From Octopus bimaculoides (lineage: Eukaryota): a stretch of DNA of 64,000 nucleotides. The stretch is from positions 50,721,180 through 50,785,179 of the forward strand of contig NC_068985.1 of the NCBI RefSeq assembly GCF_001194135.2, written 5' to 3'. A program made the position numbers and the translations under genes. Below the pieces are notes generated by a model, which saw only the letters and a list, made by a program, of their open reading frames with translations, was not told where the DNA came from and searched no databases. Positions 1 to 12,391 of the stretch are shown here, one piece after another; positions within the stretch are counted from its first letter, which is position 1, and every line of letters begins with the position of its first letter.

Positions 1-628
1 TATCTCCACAGACCATCGCAGAAGAATATCAGACTATAGTAAATTTTAAACATGATGTGAAAAAAAAACAAAACAAGATAAAGACTCTGCAAAAAATTGA
101 AATGTGTCGTCCCCGGGAAGCACAATAAAAAAAAAGTGTCAGGTCCAAACTCGTGTTATGGTTGTGGGAGCCTACACTACAAAAAGGATTGTCTGTTTAA
201 AAGCAAAAGATGCTTTAGTTGTCAGAAGCTGGGACACAGGAGTTCTCATTGTAGAACAAGTCTACGAAGCTCAAACACAAAAAGTTCTAAGGTGTTTTCA
301 GCGGAGAGTGATTGCGGCGGAAAAAACAGGAAAATTCGTGCACGTAAAAATAAATGATGTGAATACCAAATTACAGTTAGACACAAGTAGTGACATCTCG
401 ATTATAAATGCGGATACTTGGGAAAAAATTGGTAAACCGAGATTACATAAAACAGCGAAAATAGCGCGTGGTGTAACGGGCGATGAATTACAGTACATGG
501 GCAAAACATGTATCGACGTCACATTTCGAGGAGAGACACGCGAAGCAAAATTATTCGTTGTGAATAATATAAACAATTTGTTTGGCACAGATTGGTTAAA
601 ACTATTCGATTTATGGCACCTCCCCATA
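1..628 (+). mobile_element. Ty3/Gypsy LTR retrotransposon fragment (gag zinc knuckles + aspartyl protease), frameshifted and 3'-truncated
   Basis: ORF 97-357 has two CCHC knuckles (CYGCGSLHYKKDC, CFSCQKLGHRSSHC). The overlapping ORF 104-637 has a retropepsin-like motif LQLDTSSDISII and a later LFGTDWL motif. No RT follows. Confidence 0.85.
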
Positions 629-1260
629 CATAAGTAGCATCTCAATCTTCTCCCTCCCACTGTAATATTTAGCTCTTGTCCGGTGTAGAGTTCTATATGA
701 TCAGGAATTTTGTTCAGATTTTCTGGTTTGACTTGGATGATAACTACCAATCTAATACCGAATAAATTTTCTGTCGATGCTTCTTAATTTCTAGAAGGAA
801 ATTATCTCCCTCTAGAAATATCAGATGTCCAATTCTACCGGCATGTACGAAATGCTAATCTTTAAATGCGCCGACCTAAGTACGTCGGAATGAAAAGAAA
901 ATCTCACTGAAGCACACACACACAAAGTAGAATGGCTTCGTGTGTGTGCTTTTCTAGTTGGGCATGAATGGCTTTTTCTACTCGTCGGTTCATAAACAAG
1001 ACATGACGATAGATCACTGTTCTCTTGACTGTTTGTTCCAGAAGGTCGCGTGGTTCCAACAAAGATGCTTTTGTTTCTTCAAAATCGACTTGTTGCTGCA
1101 AATGGCTTCGGCGTTGGTGGTGTTACTGGTTTCCGAAGGCTTAGTAAATGTGATAGTGGCAGCATTGGTAGTAGTGGTGAAAGAGACGGTGAAGTTACCA
1201 CTCGTTGCTGTAATGGTTTCAAAGACGGTGCTGCTACTGTTAACGTACTTTTTCTTCCCT
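629..1260 (-). mobile_element. Degenerate non-LTR (L1/Tx1-like) ORF1 fragment
   Basis: The minus strand reads, with stops, ISISYMPVEL...NLFGIRLVVIIQVKPENLNKIPDHIELYTGQELNITVGGRRLRCYLC. This matches the RRM-to-zinc-knuckle layout of L1/Tx1 ORF1 and is cut after the first CxxC. The upstream boundary is approximate. Confidence 0.5.
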
Positions 1261-1928
1261 CGGAAATAACAAGCTTGGGAAATCCAAATAGGACAATATA
1301 TTTATAGGAAAATCTGCAGGCAATATAAGAAAAGAATCGACTAAAACTGGTATGAGATTGGTCATATAGCATTCTCTGGAATTTTGCCATTCATACCGAT
1401 AGAACTACCAAGGCAAATCGCCTAGACACAACAGTAAAAATTCGTATAGATAAAGCTTGTCTCCTATATCATACGGATGTTTCCATGGACAACAATATCG
1501 CAGCCAAAGAACTCATTATAATACAGAAGTACAAAGGCTTAGTTATCGAGATTGCCAAAGTGTGAAAGAAGAAAACCACAATGATACTTTCTAGCATAGC
1601 GCGCTCAGGGTAATAAAGAAGAGAAGAGAAAAATTCGTCGATATACCAAGAAAACACTGCTTTAAAGAAATCCAGAAAATAATCCTAATGGACAGTGTGT
1701 AATTTTAAGGAAGAGCCCTAACACCTTAAATTTCATAGTTTTATAGCATTTTTATTGAGCACTCATGTGTACATCTGATTTTCAAAATTTATCCAGTCCT
1801 AGCGCTTTTCAACATCATAAATCAATAATCCAATGTTTTAAAAACCATCATACCCGTTATCTACCTCAAGCGTTCAGGTGGCGTCCGTTGGATAGTGAAT
1901 AAATATCAAGAAAAATCTTTCAAAATAT

Positions 1929-1985
1929 TGATGATGATGATGATGATTATCATTATCATTATCATCATCATCATCATCATCATCA
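1929..1985. repeat. Compound (GAT)n/(ATC)n microsatellite
   Basis: Read directly from the sequence. Confidence 0.9.
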
Positions 1986-2399
1986 TTTTTTAAAATTTAT
2001 TTATCACTAGGGCGACGGATGAGGGAGACGATAAAAAGACACCATAAAGTGTGGAGATATACGTAGAATAAAATGACTTTAAAAATGTATCCATTGTATA
2101 CAGCATTAACAAAGAGTAATTAATGCAAGTATACATGGTAAACAGCAAGATTGGGTCTCCCCAATCTTCGTTGTCCAACTTAGAGAATTATACTTTACAT
2201 GGTATCATCCACTCTTGCCATTTTCACCACTTTCATCCACTTTTCAGGAAATTAACTCGAAGACAGCAGCTTACTCGTCACTCTCAAACTTCAAAAAGTT
2301 GGCGAGGGCTCTACCAAAGAAGGCTTTCTCATTCCATTCACACAAGTGTTTTTTGCTATAGTCATTAGACAAAGTACAAATGGTAGAGTCTATCAAAGT

Positions 2400-2630
2400 T
2401 TCTTACTTTTGAAGTGCCAAAATAAAGCTGGTCACATGAAAAGACAAGCTATTCTCATAGTCGGTTTATCCAACAGATTCAGTTCAACAACTGTTAATAC
2501 TTGTCCTTGAGATGTATCGATAGCCATAGCCAAGTTGAGTCCTACAGGAAAGAGAAGCCTTTTAAATTTAAGTGTCAATTCATTTAAATTTGGAGGTAAA
2601 AATTCGTTATGACTTTCATGACATGGGATA
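2400..2630 (-). mobile_element. Old Helitron PIF1-type helicase C-terminal remnant
   Basis: ORF 2432-2665 contains KFKRLLFPVGLNLAMAIDTSQGQVL (Helitron consensus FKRLQFPVRLAFAMTINKSQGQTL). After a frameshift, 2404-2443 reads FSCDQLYFGTSKV (consensus FSHGQLYVGCSRV). Confidence 0.75.
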
Positions 2631-3902
2631 TCATATTTTAGACTGTGATTTTTATACCAATCCAAAGTTCTAGCAGACCTATCTAATGGTTTGTTTAATA
2701 TTTGGCTGCTGTTTCTATATTGTCTTCCTACTTATGGTAATTGTCTTTATTGGACTCATACATTTAAATATACACAAGATAGCCGAGTGTTGGAGTCTTG
2801 GGTAGTAGATTGACATAATATATAAAGGTTCTTACATTGGCTCATACAAACACGTACCTAAGGTACTAAGGGGTGCATAGAGGGTAAATTGGATTTTATT
2901 CTAGCAGATTGAACTAACCATGTTGGCTTATGCATACATATATACATACTTAAGATTGGAGGAGATTTGGATATCATTTCTAACAGATCGACATAAAATT
3001 TTAGGGCTCCTACGTTGGCCTACACGCGGGTGCACGCACGCGCCTACGCGCGCGCGCACACACATTCATCTTTTTGACACCAGGATATGTTCAGATATTG
3101 ATTTGCTTGCTATTTCTAACAGGTCTAACTATTACGTAGATGCCCCCTTAGGTACATATATACAAATACGTTTTTTTTTTTTGTTGCTTTGTTTTGTTTT
3201 GTTTTACATAAAGCAGTAACATGTGGCTTTAGAAAGATTTGGCTGCTATTCCTACTAGGTCTAGCAATGATGTAGAATATGGTGTGTTTTAAGGCAGATT
3301 TAACTGCTATTTCTTGCAGGCTGAAATACCATGATAATGTTTTGCTTTATTTATTTTTATTTTTTTTTTTTTTTTGGTGTGTACTCGTCTCCTTTTATTG
3401 CATGTATAAACGCTTTTGCTGACACATAAAGCGTCGAAGTGCTGCACATGTTATTGGAAGTGGAGGTCAGAAAATATATTTTGGATTTTTTTTCTTCCAA
3501 GAGCATGATACATGATGTTCAAAAGATCGGAATTCAATGTTTACTTTAAAAAGCTGCCATAGGGGATAGCAATAAAAATATAGACCAATTCCATCATCTC
3601 TTTATCACTATCTAGCTCTTATTCTTCATGTGTGTATCTAATTCTCTATCTCTTCCCATTCTAATCTTTCAGAGAGAGATAGACAGAGAGACAGACAGAC
3701 AGAAAGACAGATAGGGAGAAAGAAAAAAGATAAAAGAGTGAAAGTTAGTAATTTAGGAATCGAAAAAAAAAGAAAGTTTTTACTATTTACATTTGGGATA
3801 ACTGCTTCCAGAGAATTCTGCTTTTGAAAATGCAGCCAACAACCTAACTGTTTTCCTAAGTTGTGAATTGAGTTAGACTTGGCTGATTTCCCTCTAAATG
3901 AA

Positions 3903-5531
3903 TCTATATATATAAAAATGAGAATGTGTGTCTGTCTGTCTGTCTGTGTGAATCCCTAAAACTCGAGAACTACGCTACCAATTTCATTCAAATTTTACAC
4001 ATGCCTTACTTAGGGTTCCAGTTGTGTTTTAGTAAAAAAAAAATTATTAACTTCTTGCAGAGTTCGAGCACACGGCAACATAATATCTCCTCCACTATTT
4101 AAGTATTACGTGTCAAAAGTGAAACAAAAACACTCATGTCAAATACTTTCACTTTAAAAATGAAACTATTCCACTAACTGAAACAATCACATTTCGATAC
4201 TGTAGTGACAGATNNNNNNNNNNNNNNNNNNNNNNNNNNNNNNNNNNNNNNNNNNNNNNNNNNNNNNNNNNNNNNNNNNNNNNNNNNNNNNNNNNNNNNN
4301 NNNNNNNNNNNNNNNNNNNNNNNNNNNNNNNNNNNNNNNNNNNNNNNNNNNNNNNNNNNNNNNNNNNNNNNNNNNNNNNNNNNNNNNNNNNNNNNNNNNN
4401 NNNNNNNNNNNNNNNNNNNNNNNNNNNNNNNNNNNNNNNNNNNNNNNNNNNNNNNNNNNNNNNNNNNNNNNNNNNNNNNNNNNNNNNNNNNNNNNNNNNN
4501 NNNNNNNNNNNNNNNNNNNNNNNNNNNNNNNNNNNNNNNNNNNNNNNNNNNNNNNNNNNNNNNNNNNNNNNNNNNNNNNNNNNNNNNNNNNNNNNNNNNN
4601 NNNNNNNNNNNNNNNNNNNNNNNNNNNNNNNNNNNNNNNNNNNNNNNNNNNNNNNNNNNNNNNNNNNNNNNNNNNNNNNNNNNNNNNNNNNNNNNNNNNN
4701 NNNNNNNNNNNNNNNNNNNNNNNNNNNNNNNNNNNNNNNNNNNNNNNNNNNNNNNNNNNNNNNNNNNNNNNNNNNNNNNNNNNNNNNNNNNNNNNNNNNN
4801 NNNNNNNNNNNNNNNNNNNNNNNNNNNNNNNNNNNNNNNNNNNNNNNNNNNNNNNNNNNNNNNNNNNNNNNNNNNNNNNNNNNNNNNNNNNNNNNNNNNN
4901 NNNNNNNNNNNNNNNNNNNNNNNNNNNNNNNNNNNNNNNNNNNNNNNNNNNNNNNNNNNNNNNNNNNNNNNNNNNNNNNNNNNNNNNNNNNNNNNNNNNN
5001 NNNNNNNNNNNNNNNNNNNNNNNNNNNNNNNNNNNNNNNNNNNNNNNNNNNNNNNNNNNNNNNNNNNNNNNNNNNNNNNNNNNNNNNNNNNNNNNNNNNN
5101 NNNNNNNNNNNNNNNNNNNNNNNNNNNNNNNNNNNNNNNNNNNNNNNNNNNNNNNNNNNNNNNNNNNNNNNNNNNNNNNNNNNNNNNNNNNNNNNAAGAG
5201 CCCTGCTTCTCACATGGACAACTGTATGTTGGCTGCTCAAGAGTGGGCAGCAAAAAAAAACCTATTTGTATATGCTCCACAAGGGAAAACAAGGAACATA
5301 GTTTACAATGAGGTGTTATAATCACAACAGCAAGAAAGTATGTACATGATCACCTTCTTTTACGAAACTTCATTGACTTTCATATATTTATATTGATATA
5401 CATATATATACGTGTGTTTGGGTGCGTGTGTGTATATACATCTCTATATATAAAGATGATGCGTAGTCTAGACGGCGTTTTTAGATTTCATTATTCTCTT
5501 TAACCCGGGCAACGCCGGGTATTTCTGCTAG
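3903..5531 (+). mobile_element. Helitron (rolling-circle), probably internally deleted, spanning an assembly gap
   Basis: 5' end A|TCTATATATATAAAAATG at 3903. 3' hairpin ACCCGGGCAACGCCGGGT at 5503-5520, then CTAG|T at 5528-5532. Helicase tail EPCFSHGQLYVGCSRVGSKK..LFVYAPQGKTRNIVYNEVL* at 5196-5321, with one slip in a poly-A run. Confidence 0.9.
4214..5195. other. Assembly gap (N-run). Other gaps: 5913-5922, 6909-7541, 8742-9272, 21302-21708, 32001-32010, 33417-33426, 38178-39177, 39634-39643, 47900-48254, 58613-58843, 60315-60473, 61819-62473
   Basis: Runs of N, most flanked by microsatellites or repeats. Confidence 1.
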
Positions 5532-5849
5532 TATTATATAAAGCTTTCTTGCGAGATGGGAAATAGTAAAATATATAGTTTCGTGGCTGCTAGTTTTGTA
5601 TCTTCAAAATACAAGACGGGCATTCATGGAAACAATTCACACTCTCGCACACATATTCATGTATATTTACATAATTATTTATATACATACATGTGTGCAT
5701 GTATATGTATATGTATATTGTATATGTATATGTATATTGTCTACGTTTTTTTTTTGCAACGTCCTGTACCCAGATATGCATCTATATATGTATGTACATA
5801 CATGTACGTATATATGAATATACTCATTCATTATTTGTATTATATATAA

Positions 5850-5870
5850 TATAGATAGATAGATAGACAT

Positions 5871-5912
<42 letters not shown>

Positions 5913-5922
5913 NNNNNNNNNN

Positions 5923-5973
<51 letters not shown>
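5850..5973. repeat. (GATA)n and (AC)n microsatellites around a 10-N gap
   Basis: Read directly from the sequence. Confidence 0.95.
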
Positions 5974-5975
<2 letters not shown>

Positions 5976-6800
5976 ATTCTTCTTAATTTAAGGTTTAAAC
6001 TGAATTTTTGTTTTGTTTTGCTTTTTCATACAGGTTTTTGTGGACTTCGTCAGTGGGTTGTTTCAAATGCGAATGCGAACTAAATTTCGCTTGCAAGCAA
6101 AAGGCTGCCTACCATTACAACACGAGGTTTCTCAACTTACTAAAAACACCAGTTAAATTTCCCTCAAACCACACCTTACCATCTTTTGGCCATAGGGTTG
6201 TTTCTTGTGGTTCAACTGAGATGAAACAACCAAAGTATCATTAAGATTACAACATCACAGATAAGCACATATTTTATTTTTATTGAGTGGAGGCTTTTTA
6301 TTTTGTTTTAACGTTTAAAAATATTTATTTAATATATTTGATGAACCCCATGGAGAATGAATGCTAAAATCGATATCATCGGTGTAAGATACTAAATGAT
6401 AATAAGGCATTAAGTCCTGTGACATTGATACAAGAATGTGGCAGAATATTTGTATATCTGACACGTGGCTGATCGCAAAATAGGATAATGTGAATGCTCA
6501 CCACTTACGAGATACTGGGAGAAGCACAAAATGAATTGTGATTTTGTTATAATACTTTACGAAAAAGTATGGCTGCTCCATCACGCAGGTGACTGCATGA
6601 GACTGTACCAGCGTATATATGCGTGTATGTGTATGTCTGTATTGCGCGCGCGCGCAAATGTCCACGTGCGTATACAATTAGTCGCGCAAAGAGAACGGGT
6701 AAATTGTTCCACATATGCTAACACAAATGCATCCATATGTATACAAGAATCCATATGCATATACTTATGCATGCATGTGTGTGTGTGTTTACACACACTC

Positions 6801-6833
<33 letters not shown>

Positions 6834-6849
6834 CGTATGTGTGTGTATA

Positions 6850-6898
<49 letters not shown>

Positions 6899-8216
6899 CG
6901 TATGTGTGNNNNNNNNNNNNNNNNNNNNNNNNNNNNNNNNNNNNNNNNNNNNNNNNNNNNNNNNNNNNNNNNNNNNNNNNNNNNNNNNNNNNNNNNNNNN
7001 NNNNNNNNNNNNNNNNNNNNNNNNNNNNNNNNNNNNNNNNNNNNNNNNNNNNNNNNNNNNNNNNNNNNNNNNNNNNNNNNNNNNNNNNNNNNNNNNNNNN
7101 NNNNNNNNNNNNNNNNNNNNNNNNNNNNNNNNNNNNNNNNNNNNNNNNNNNNNNNNNNNNNNNNNNNNNNNNNNNNNNNNNNNNNNNNNNNNNNNNNNNN
7201 NNNNNNNNNNNNNNNNNNNNNNNNNNNNNNNNNNNNNNNNNNNNNNNNNNNNNNNNNNNNNNNNNNNNNNNNNNNNNNNNNNNNNNNNNNNNNNNNNNNN
7301 NNNNNNNNNNNNNNNNNNNNNNNNNNNNNNNNNNNNNNNNNNNNNNNNNNNNNNNNNNNNNNNNNNNNNNNNNNNNNNNNNNNNNNNNNNNNNNNNNNNN
7401 NNNNNNNNNNNNNNNNNNNNNNNNNNNNNNNNNNNNNNNNNNNNNNNNNNNNNNNNNNNNNNNNNNNNNNNNNNNNNNNNNNNNNNNNNNNNNNNNNNNN
7501 NNNNNNNNNNNNNNNNNNNNNNNNNNNNNNNNNNNNNNNNNGATCATGTATGTATGTATGTGTGTGTACGCGCGCGTATATAACTGTGTTTTTATATCAC
7601 GCCCGGGAATTATACAAGGCTTCAAATCTCATGTAGAAGGAGGGACAAGGGTGGGGGGTGGGGAAAAACAAACAAAAAATATAATAAAGAAATAAAACAT
7701 TTTGACAGATGACGACCCGATTTCAATGGATGTCTTTCACGGTGTTGGACTCCCTGTCTTATTGTATGAATGAGCGGCTAAGGCGTCTCAGTTTTTACAC
7801 TTATTCTTGCAGCCCCTCCTGCTTGCCCTCCCGTCCACATCTTCCCCCCTCCGCTTGGCGTCCTGCCTTGTTACCTCTATTCAACAGGAGCCTTTTCTTT
7901 ACCCCCTTCCATACTTCGCTCTTCTTTCTTCCTCCCACCCCCCATCCTTTTTTTTTTGCCACTCTCTCTGTCGCGTTCTCCTCATCTCTTTTTCTTAGAC
8001 AAGAGCCGAGTGTTTGTTGTCCAACGTAGACCATTGGTTTCACCTGGTCTGGTCAAAGAGCTTAAGTGTATACATGTGTGTGCTTCTGTGTGTGTGTGTG
8101 TGTGTGTGTGTACATGAACACGAACGCAAACAAATCATACACACACACACATAATCACACATATATGTATATAGATACATAGATACATAGACAGACAGAC
8201 AGACAGACAGATAGAC

Positions 8217-8267
<51 letters not shown>

Positions 8268-8606
8268 CAGACATACAAACTATATACAAATGCAAATATA
8301 CATAGAAACATACATACATACATAAACGTATATTTTACATCCACACGCGTTACATGTATGTATGTATGTATGTATGTATGTATGTATGTATGCGGGCGGG
8401 CGTGTGCGAGTATGTCTAATTGTGGATGGGTGTATGTATGTTTGTGTTGATAGACGAGTTTATATTCAACTGTTGTGCTTTCATTGTGTCCAAAGAAAGG
8501 CTAGAAGGTCCTCTAACTGAAAGGACATCACAGCATGTCATATTACACCTCGGCTAAAGACAGGTGTGTGTTGCGAGATGTGCTACTTCTTCTTCTTCCT
8601 CTTCCC

Positions 8607-8607
<1 letters not shown>

Positions 8608-8637
<30 letters not shown>

Positions 8638-8681
8638 CTTCTTCTTCTTCTTCTTCTTCTTCTTCTTCTTCTTCTTCTTCT
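8608..8681. repeat. (CTT)n microsatellite
   Basis: Pure CTT run; source of the spurious poly-S and poly-L ORFs. Confidence 0.95.
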
Positions 8682-9272
8682 AGCACTACATACTCCTCTT
8701 CTTTATCCTTTCTTATTATTCATCATCATCATGAAGGAGAANNNNNNNNNNNNNNNNNNNNNNNNNNNNNNNNNNNNNNNNNNNNNNNNNNNNNNNNNNN
8801 NNNNNNNNNNNNNNNNNNNNNNNNNNNNNNNNNNNNNNNNNNNNNNNNNNNNNNNNNNNNNNNNNNNNNNNNNNNNNNNNNNNNNNNNNNNNNNNNNNNN
8901 NNNNNNNNNNNNNNNNNNNNNNNNNNNNNNNNNNNNNNNNNNNNNNNNNNNNNNNNNNNNNNNNNNNNNNNNNNNNNNNNNNNNNNNNNNNNNNNNNNNN
9001 NNNNNNNNNNNNNNNNNNNNNNNNNNNNNNNNNNNNNNNNNNNNNNNNNNNNNNNNNNNNNNNNNNNNNNNNNNNNNNNNNNNNNNNNNNNNNNNNNNNN
9101 NNNNNNNNNNNNNNNNNNNNNNNNNNNNNNNNNNNNNNNNNNNNNNNNNNNNNNNNNNNNNNNNNNNNNNNNNNNNNNNNNNNNNNNNNNNNNNNNNNNN
9201 NNNNNNNNNNNNNNNNNNNNNNNNNNNNNNNNNNNNNNNNNNNNNNNNNNNNNNNNNNNNNNNNNNNNNNNN

Positions 9273-9305
<33 letters not shown>

Positions 9306-10384
9306 TAGATAGATAGATAGACAGATAGATATAGATATACATACATACATACATACATACATATATGATTTTTTCTTTATATATATTTTCATATATTTAT
9401 TTATATCATTAAAGGGGAAGATGGCTAAACAGAGTTAAAAGGGAAATAGAAATAACTGCTATATATTTATATTTCAGGCCTAATGAAATAATGATTTTAT
9501 ACATCAACTGACAAAAGGTTACACCTTTTTAGAAAACTCTAATCTACTGAATCATCTTCAATACACGACTGGTGTTTTATCGACCAATTTAGTTTAAAAC
9601 CAGCCGTGGCTCATGGATCTTTAACAGAGTGCATTCTGTTGCAAGTATTCGAGTCGAGTCCACATCTGGTCATGGAAAACTTTCTCCCTTTCACCCACTG
9701 TTCTCAGTAACCCTAAAAGGAGTCGTTGGGCGCTGTATTTTCTCCACTGAGGCAGTGGTAAAAGAAAAGAAAAGCGTAAAAAGAACGTTTCATGGAAAGG
9801 GAACTAGTAATGAAAAATATCGGCCCGAACACTGAACGAGATTTAATCTAGCTCTCTACCTTTTTTTGTTACCGCACTGCTAAGACTAAATGGAATAAAA
9901 TGATTCCCAGTATGTTATGAAGTAGCCCCAGGTCAGCTCTGATTGAACAATCCTGTAACGCTCAAGTAATCGTTCGAACTCCGAGGCGCACTCCATATAC
10001 CCATATTCCCAGTTTTGGTACGTCTCCGTCTTACTAAGAACCATAGTACGCGCCGACAAGCAGTAATGAATAGGGCGGGATGCAGTGTACAGTTTCCACA
10101 TGCTGCACTATTCCGCTCTCCAATTTATTTATGTTTTGTTGGTATACGAAATGTTTTTGGTGCAATGATAAAGCCCAGTAACCCTTGTCTTATACCAATG
10201 GGAAAGATGCCTTGATGTTTTCTGTTAAAAAATAGTAGTATTACTTGTCTGTCAATTACGGGTACCCTTTTACCCGTTTGTCATATAGTGTTACGAATTC
10301 GTCATCCCTTAGAAATTAGAGACAGCGGCAATAGAGACACTTATCAAATTATCATACAAGAGAAATGTATTAGTAAAGTTAATA

Positions 10385-10593
10385 AATGTTTCAAATTTTG
10401 GCACAGGGCCAGCTGTTTTTGAGAGGAGGGGAAATTAATTACATCGTATTTGACTGGTACTTATTTTATCAACTCCGAAAAGATGAAAGGCAAAGTCGAT
10501 CTCAGCGGAATTTGAACTCAAAATTTAAAGACGGAAGAAATGCCGTCACGCCTTTTGACTGACGTGCTAACGGTTCTGCCAGCTCACTTCCTT
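10385..10593 (-). mobile_element. tRNA-derived SINE, family A (A2-type tail), diverged
   Basis: Reverse complement aligns with the 12003 copy over the head (GAGCTGGCAGAACCGTTAGCACG), B-box (GAGTTCAAATTCC) and core (GCCTTTCATCTTTTCGGAGTTGATAAAATAAGTACCAG). Confidence 0.85.
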
Positions 10594-11471
10594 ATTAGTG
10601 AAGAAAATAAATAATAAGGCGCCAAAGAGTCGATTTTAGAGCCAATGATTTGAATTCTGCCACCAGCAAAAGTTCTATGAATGAAAATGACAATCCCCCC
10701 CCCCCCGTTAAGTACTATGGGCGATAAGACGTATTAGTCCTGCGTTGCAGTAACAAGTGAATGAATCGTCGAGTATTTTCGTGGATTTTAGTGCTGAGTT
10801 TATTGTTTCGATGAAAATTCAATAGGGTAGACTTATTTCTACTCAGCTTTACACTACACGAATCAGAGTTAAGTACTAGCTTTGTGATACTTTGAAATTT
10901 AGAAAAGATGTATTATATAAAAATTAAAAATGAATTACTGGGGGCAATTTCTAAATAAAATATGAATACTTTAGCGGAAAGAAGATAAAAAAAGAACAAC
11001 TTTTATTTAAAGAAACATTAATAGCTTAATTATTAATTTTGGTCAAAAATAAAAGGGGATGTAACATCAAAATTTAAATGATTAAAAATTGGACGTGGGC
11101 AAGCAAGCAGTGAGACATCAAGCAAAACAGAAGCATCTTTGGAATAATCGCCGTACTTGCGAAAGAGCAGGTGTACTCCTCATTGCATGTTCCCAGGCTT
11201 CGTTATTAATTATTTTTCTCCTTACTACAAGTGCAGTTTTAATTAATTAAAAGTTTTGCGGTTCACTACATTAAGTATGTTTGGCCCCACTTAGTTATAT
11301 CAAGGTTTACTTGAGTCTAAGGTTGCGTTTAAGTAGAAAAAAAACTTGCCGCGTATTTTAAGAACCAATTCATTTACGAATTCTGGATGCAGTGCTCAAT
11401 TCTAGCGTCTGTTACACTGAACAAGAGATAGAGAAAGAGGATAAGGTAGCTAGATTTCTGTATTTCACTAT

Positions 11472-11638
11472 GGGGCTAGTCGATTAATTAGTGCCTCCTT
11501 GGTACTCATTTTATCGACCTCGAAAGGAGGAAAAGCAAAGTCAACCTCAGCAGAATCTGAACACAGAACGTAAAGACGGACGAAATGCCGCTCAGCATTT
11601 TGTCCGGCGTGCTAACGATTCTGCCAGTACGCCGCCTT
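11472..11638 (-). mobile_element. tRNA-derived SINE, family A
   Basis: Reverse complement starts AAGGCGGCGTACTGGCAGAATCGTTAGCACGCCGG and carries the same core. Confidence 0.9.
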
Positions 11639-11702
11639 TTTTCTATTTTTATGTATATATAATATCAATCTTAAGTGATAAATAGGTAGGTAGGTTAGTA
11701 GG

Positions 11703-11751
<49 letters not shown>

Positions 11752-12002
11752 TGATTTGATTGGCTGGTTGACCGATTGATTGATTGATTAAACAATTAAG
11801 TAATTGGTGCTGAAATATATCTTGTTTATGTAAGTGGCATCTATTTTCTGTGTATCCATGATTACGTTATCCACTGTACTTCTACTTATTTTAGGATAAT
11901 CGAGTTAGATTTTGTCAACGACAAAAACTTTTTAAACATTTTCAGATGCTTCTTCAGATAGTTGTTCTTGTGTAGCCACTGTTAATATTGATTAATAGAT
12001 AT

Positions 12003-12236
12003 AAGGCGGCGAGCTGGCAGAATCATTAGAACGCCGGGCGAAATGCTTAGCGGTATTTCGTCTGCCGTTACGTTCTGAGTTCAAATTCCGCCGAGGTCAA
12101 CTTTGCCTTTCATCCTTTCGGGGTCGATAAATTAAGTACCAGTTACGCACTGGGGTCGATGTAATCGACTTAATCCGTTCGTCTGTCCTTGTTTGTTCCC
12201 TCTATATTTAGCCCCTTGTGGGCAATAAAGAAATAA
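12003..12236 (+). mobile_element. tRNA-derived SINE, family A (A1 tail), full length
   Basis: Pol III A-box-like GAGCTGGCAGAATC, B-box GAGTTCAAATTCC, core GCCTTTCATCCTTTCGGGGTCGATAAATTAAGTACCAG, A-rich end. Confidence 0.92.
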
Positions 12237-12325
12237 GATATATGGCTACGTAAGTAATATCAACTGACTAGTTACGATTCACAGATTAACGTTCCTCATA
12301 TGCCATGCTTCTGCTGAAGTTGAGG

Positions 12326-12391
12326 ATCACACGTCACACTCTAAAATATATCGTTTATCACACGTCACACTCTAAAATATATCGTTTATCA
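12326..12391. repeat. Perfect 31-bp tandem duplication
   Basis: ATCACACGTCACACTCTAAAATATATCGTTT twice, plus ATCA. Confidence 0.95.

Noticed and set aside
910-951. 12-bp inverted repeat AAGCACACACAC/GTGTGTGTGCTT
   Set aside because: Mostly CA/TG dinucleotide, which is expected by chance in this genome.
9880-10220. Possible L1-type ORF2 C-terminus on the minus strand (..ERYRIVQSELTWGYFITYWESFY)
   Set aside because: Only a weak pattern resemblance; no RT or zinc-finger motif that I can confirm.
12326-12391. Short tandem duplications (also 16037-16072, 30706-30746, 34577-34667) as CRISPR-like arrays
   Set aside because: Only two units, no unique spacers, no cas genes, eukaryotic context; ordinary slippage duplications.
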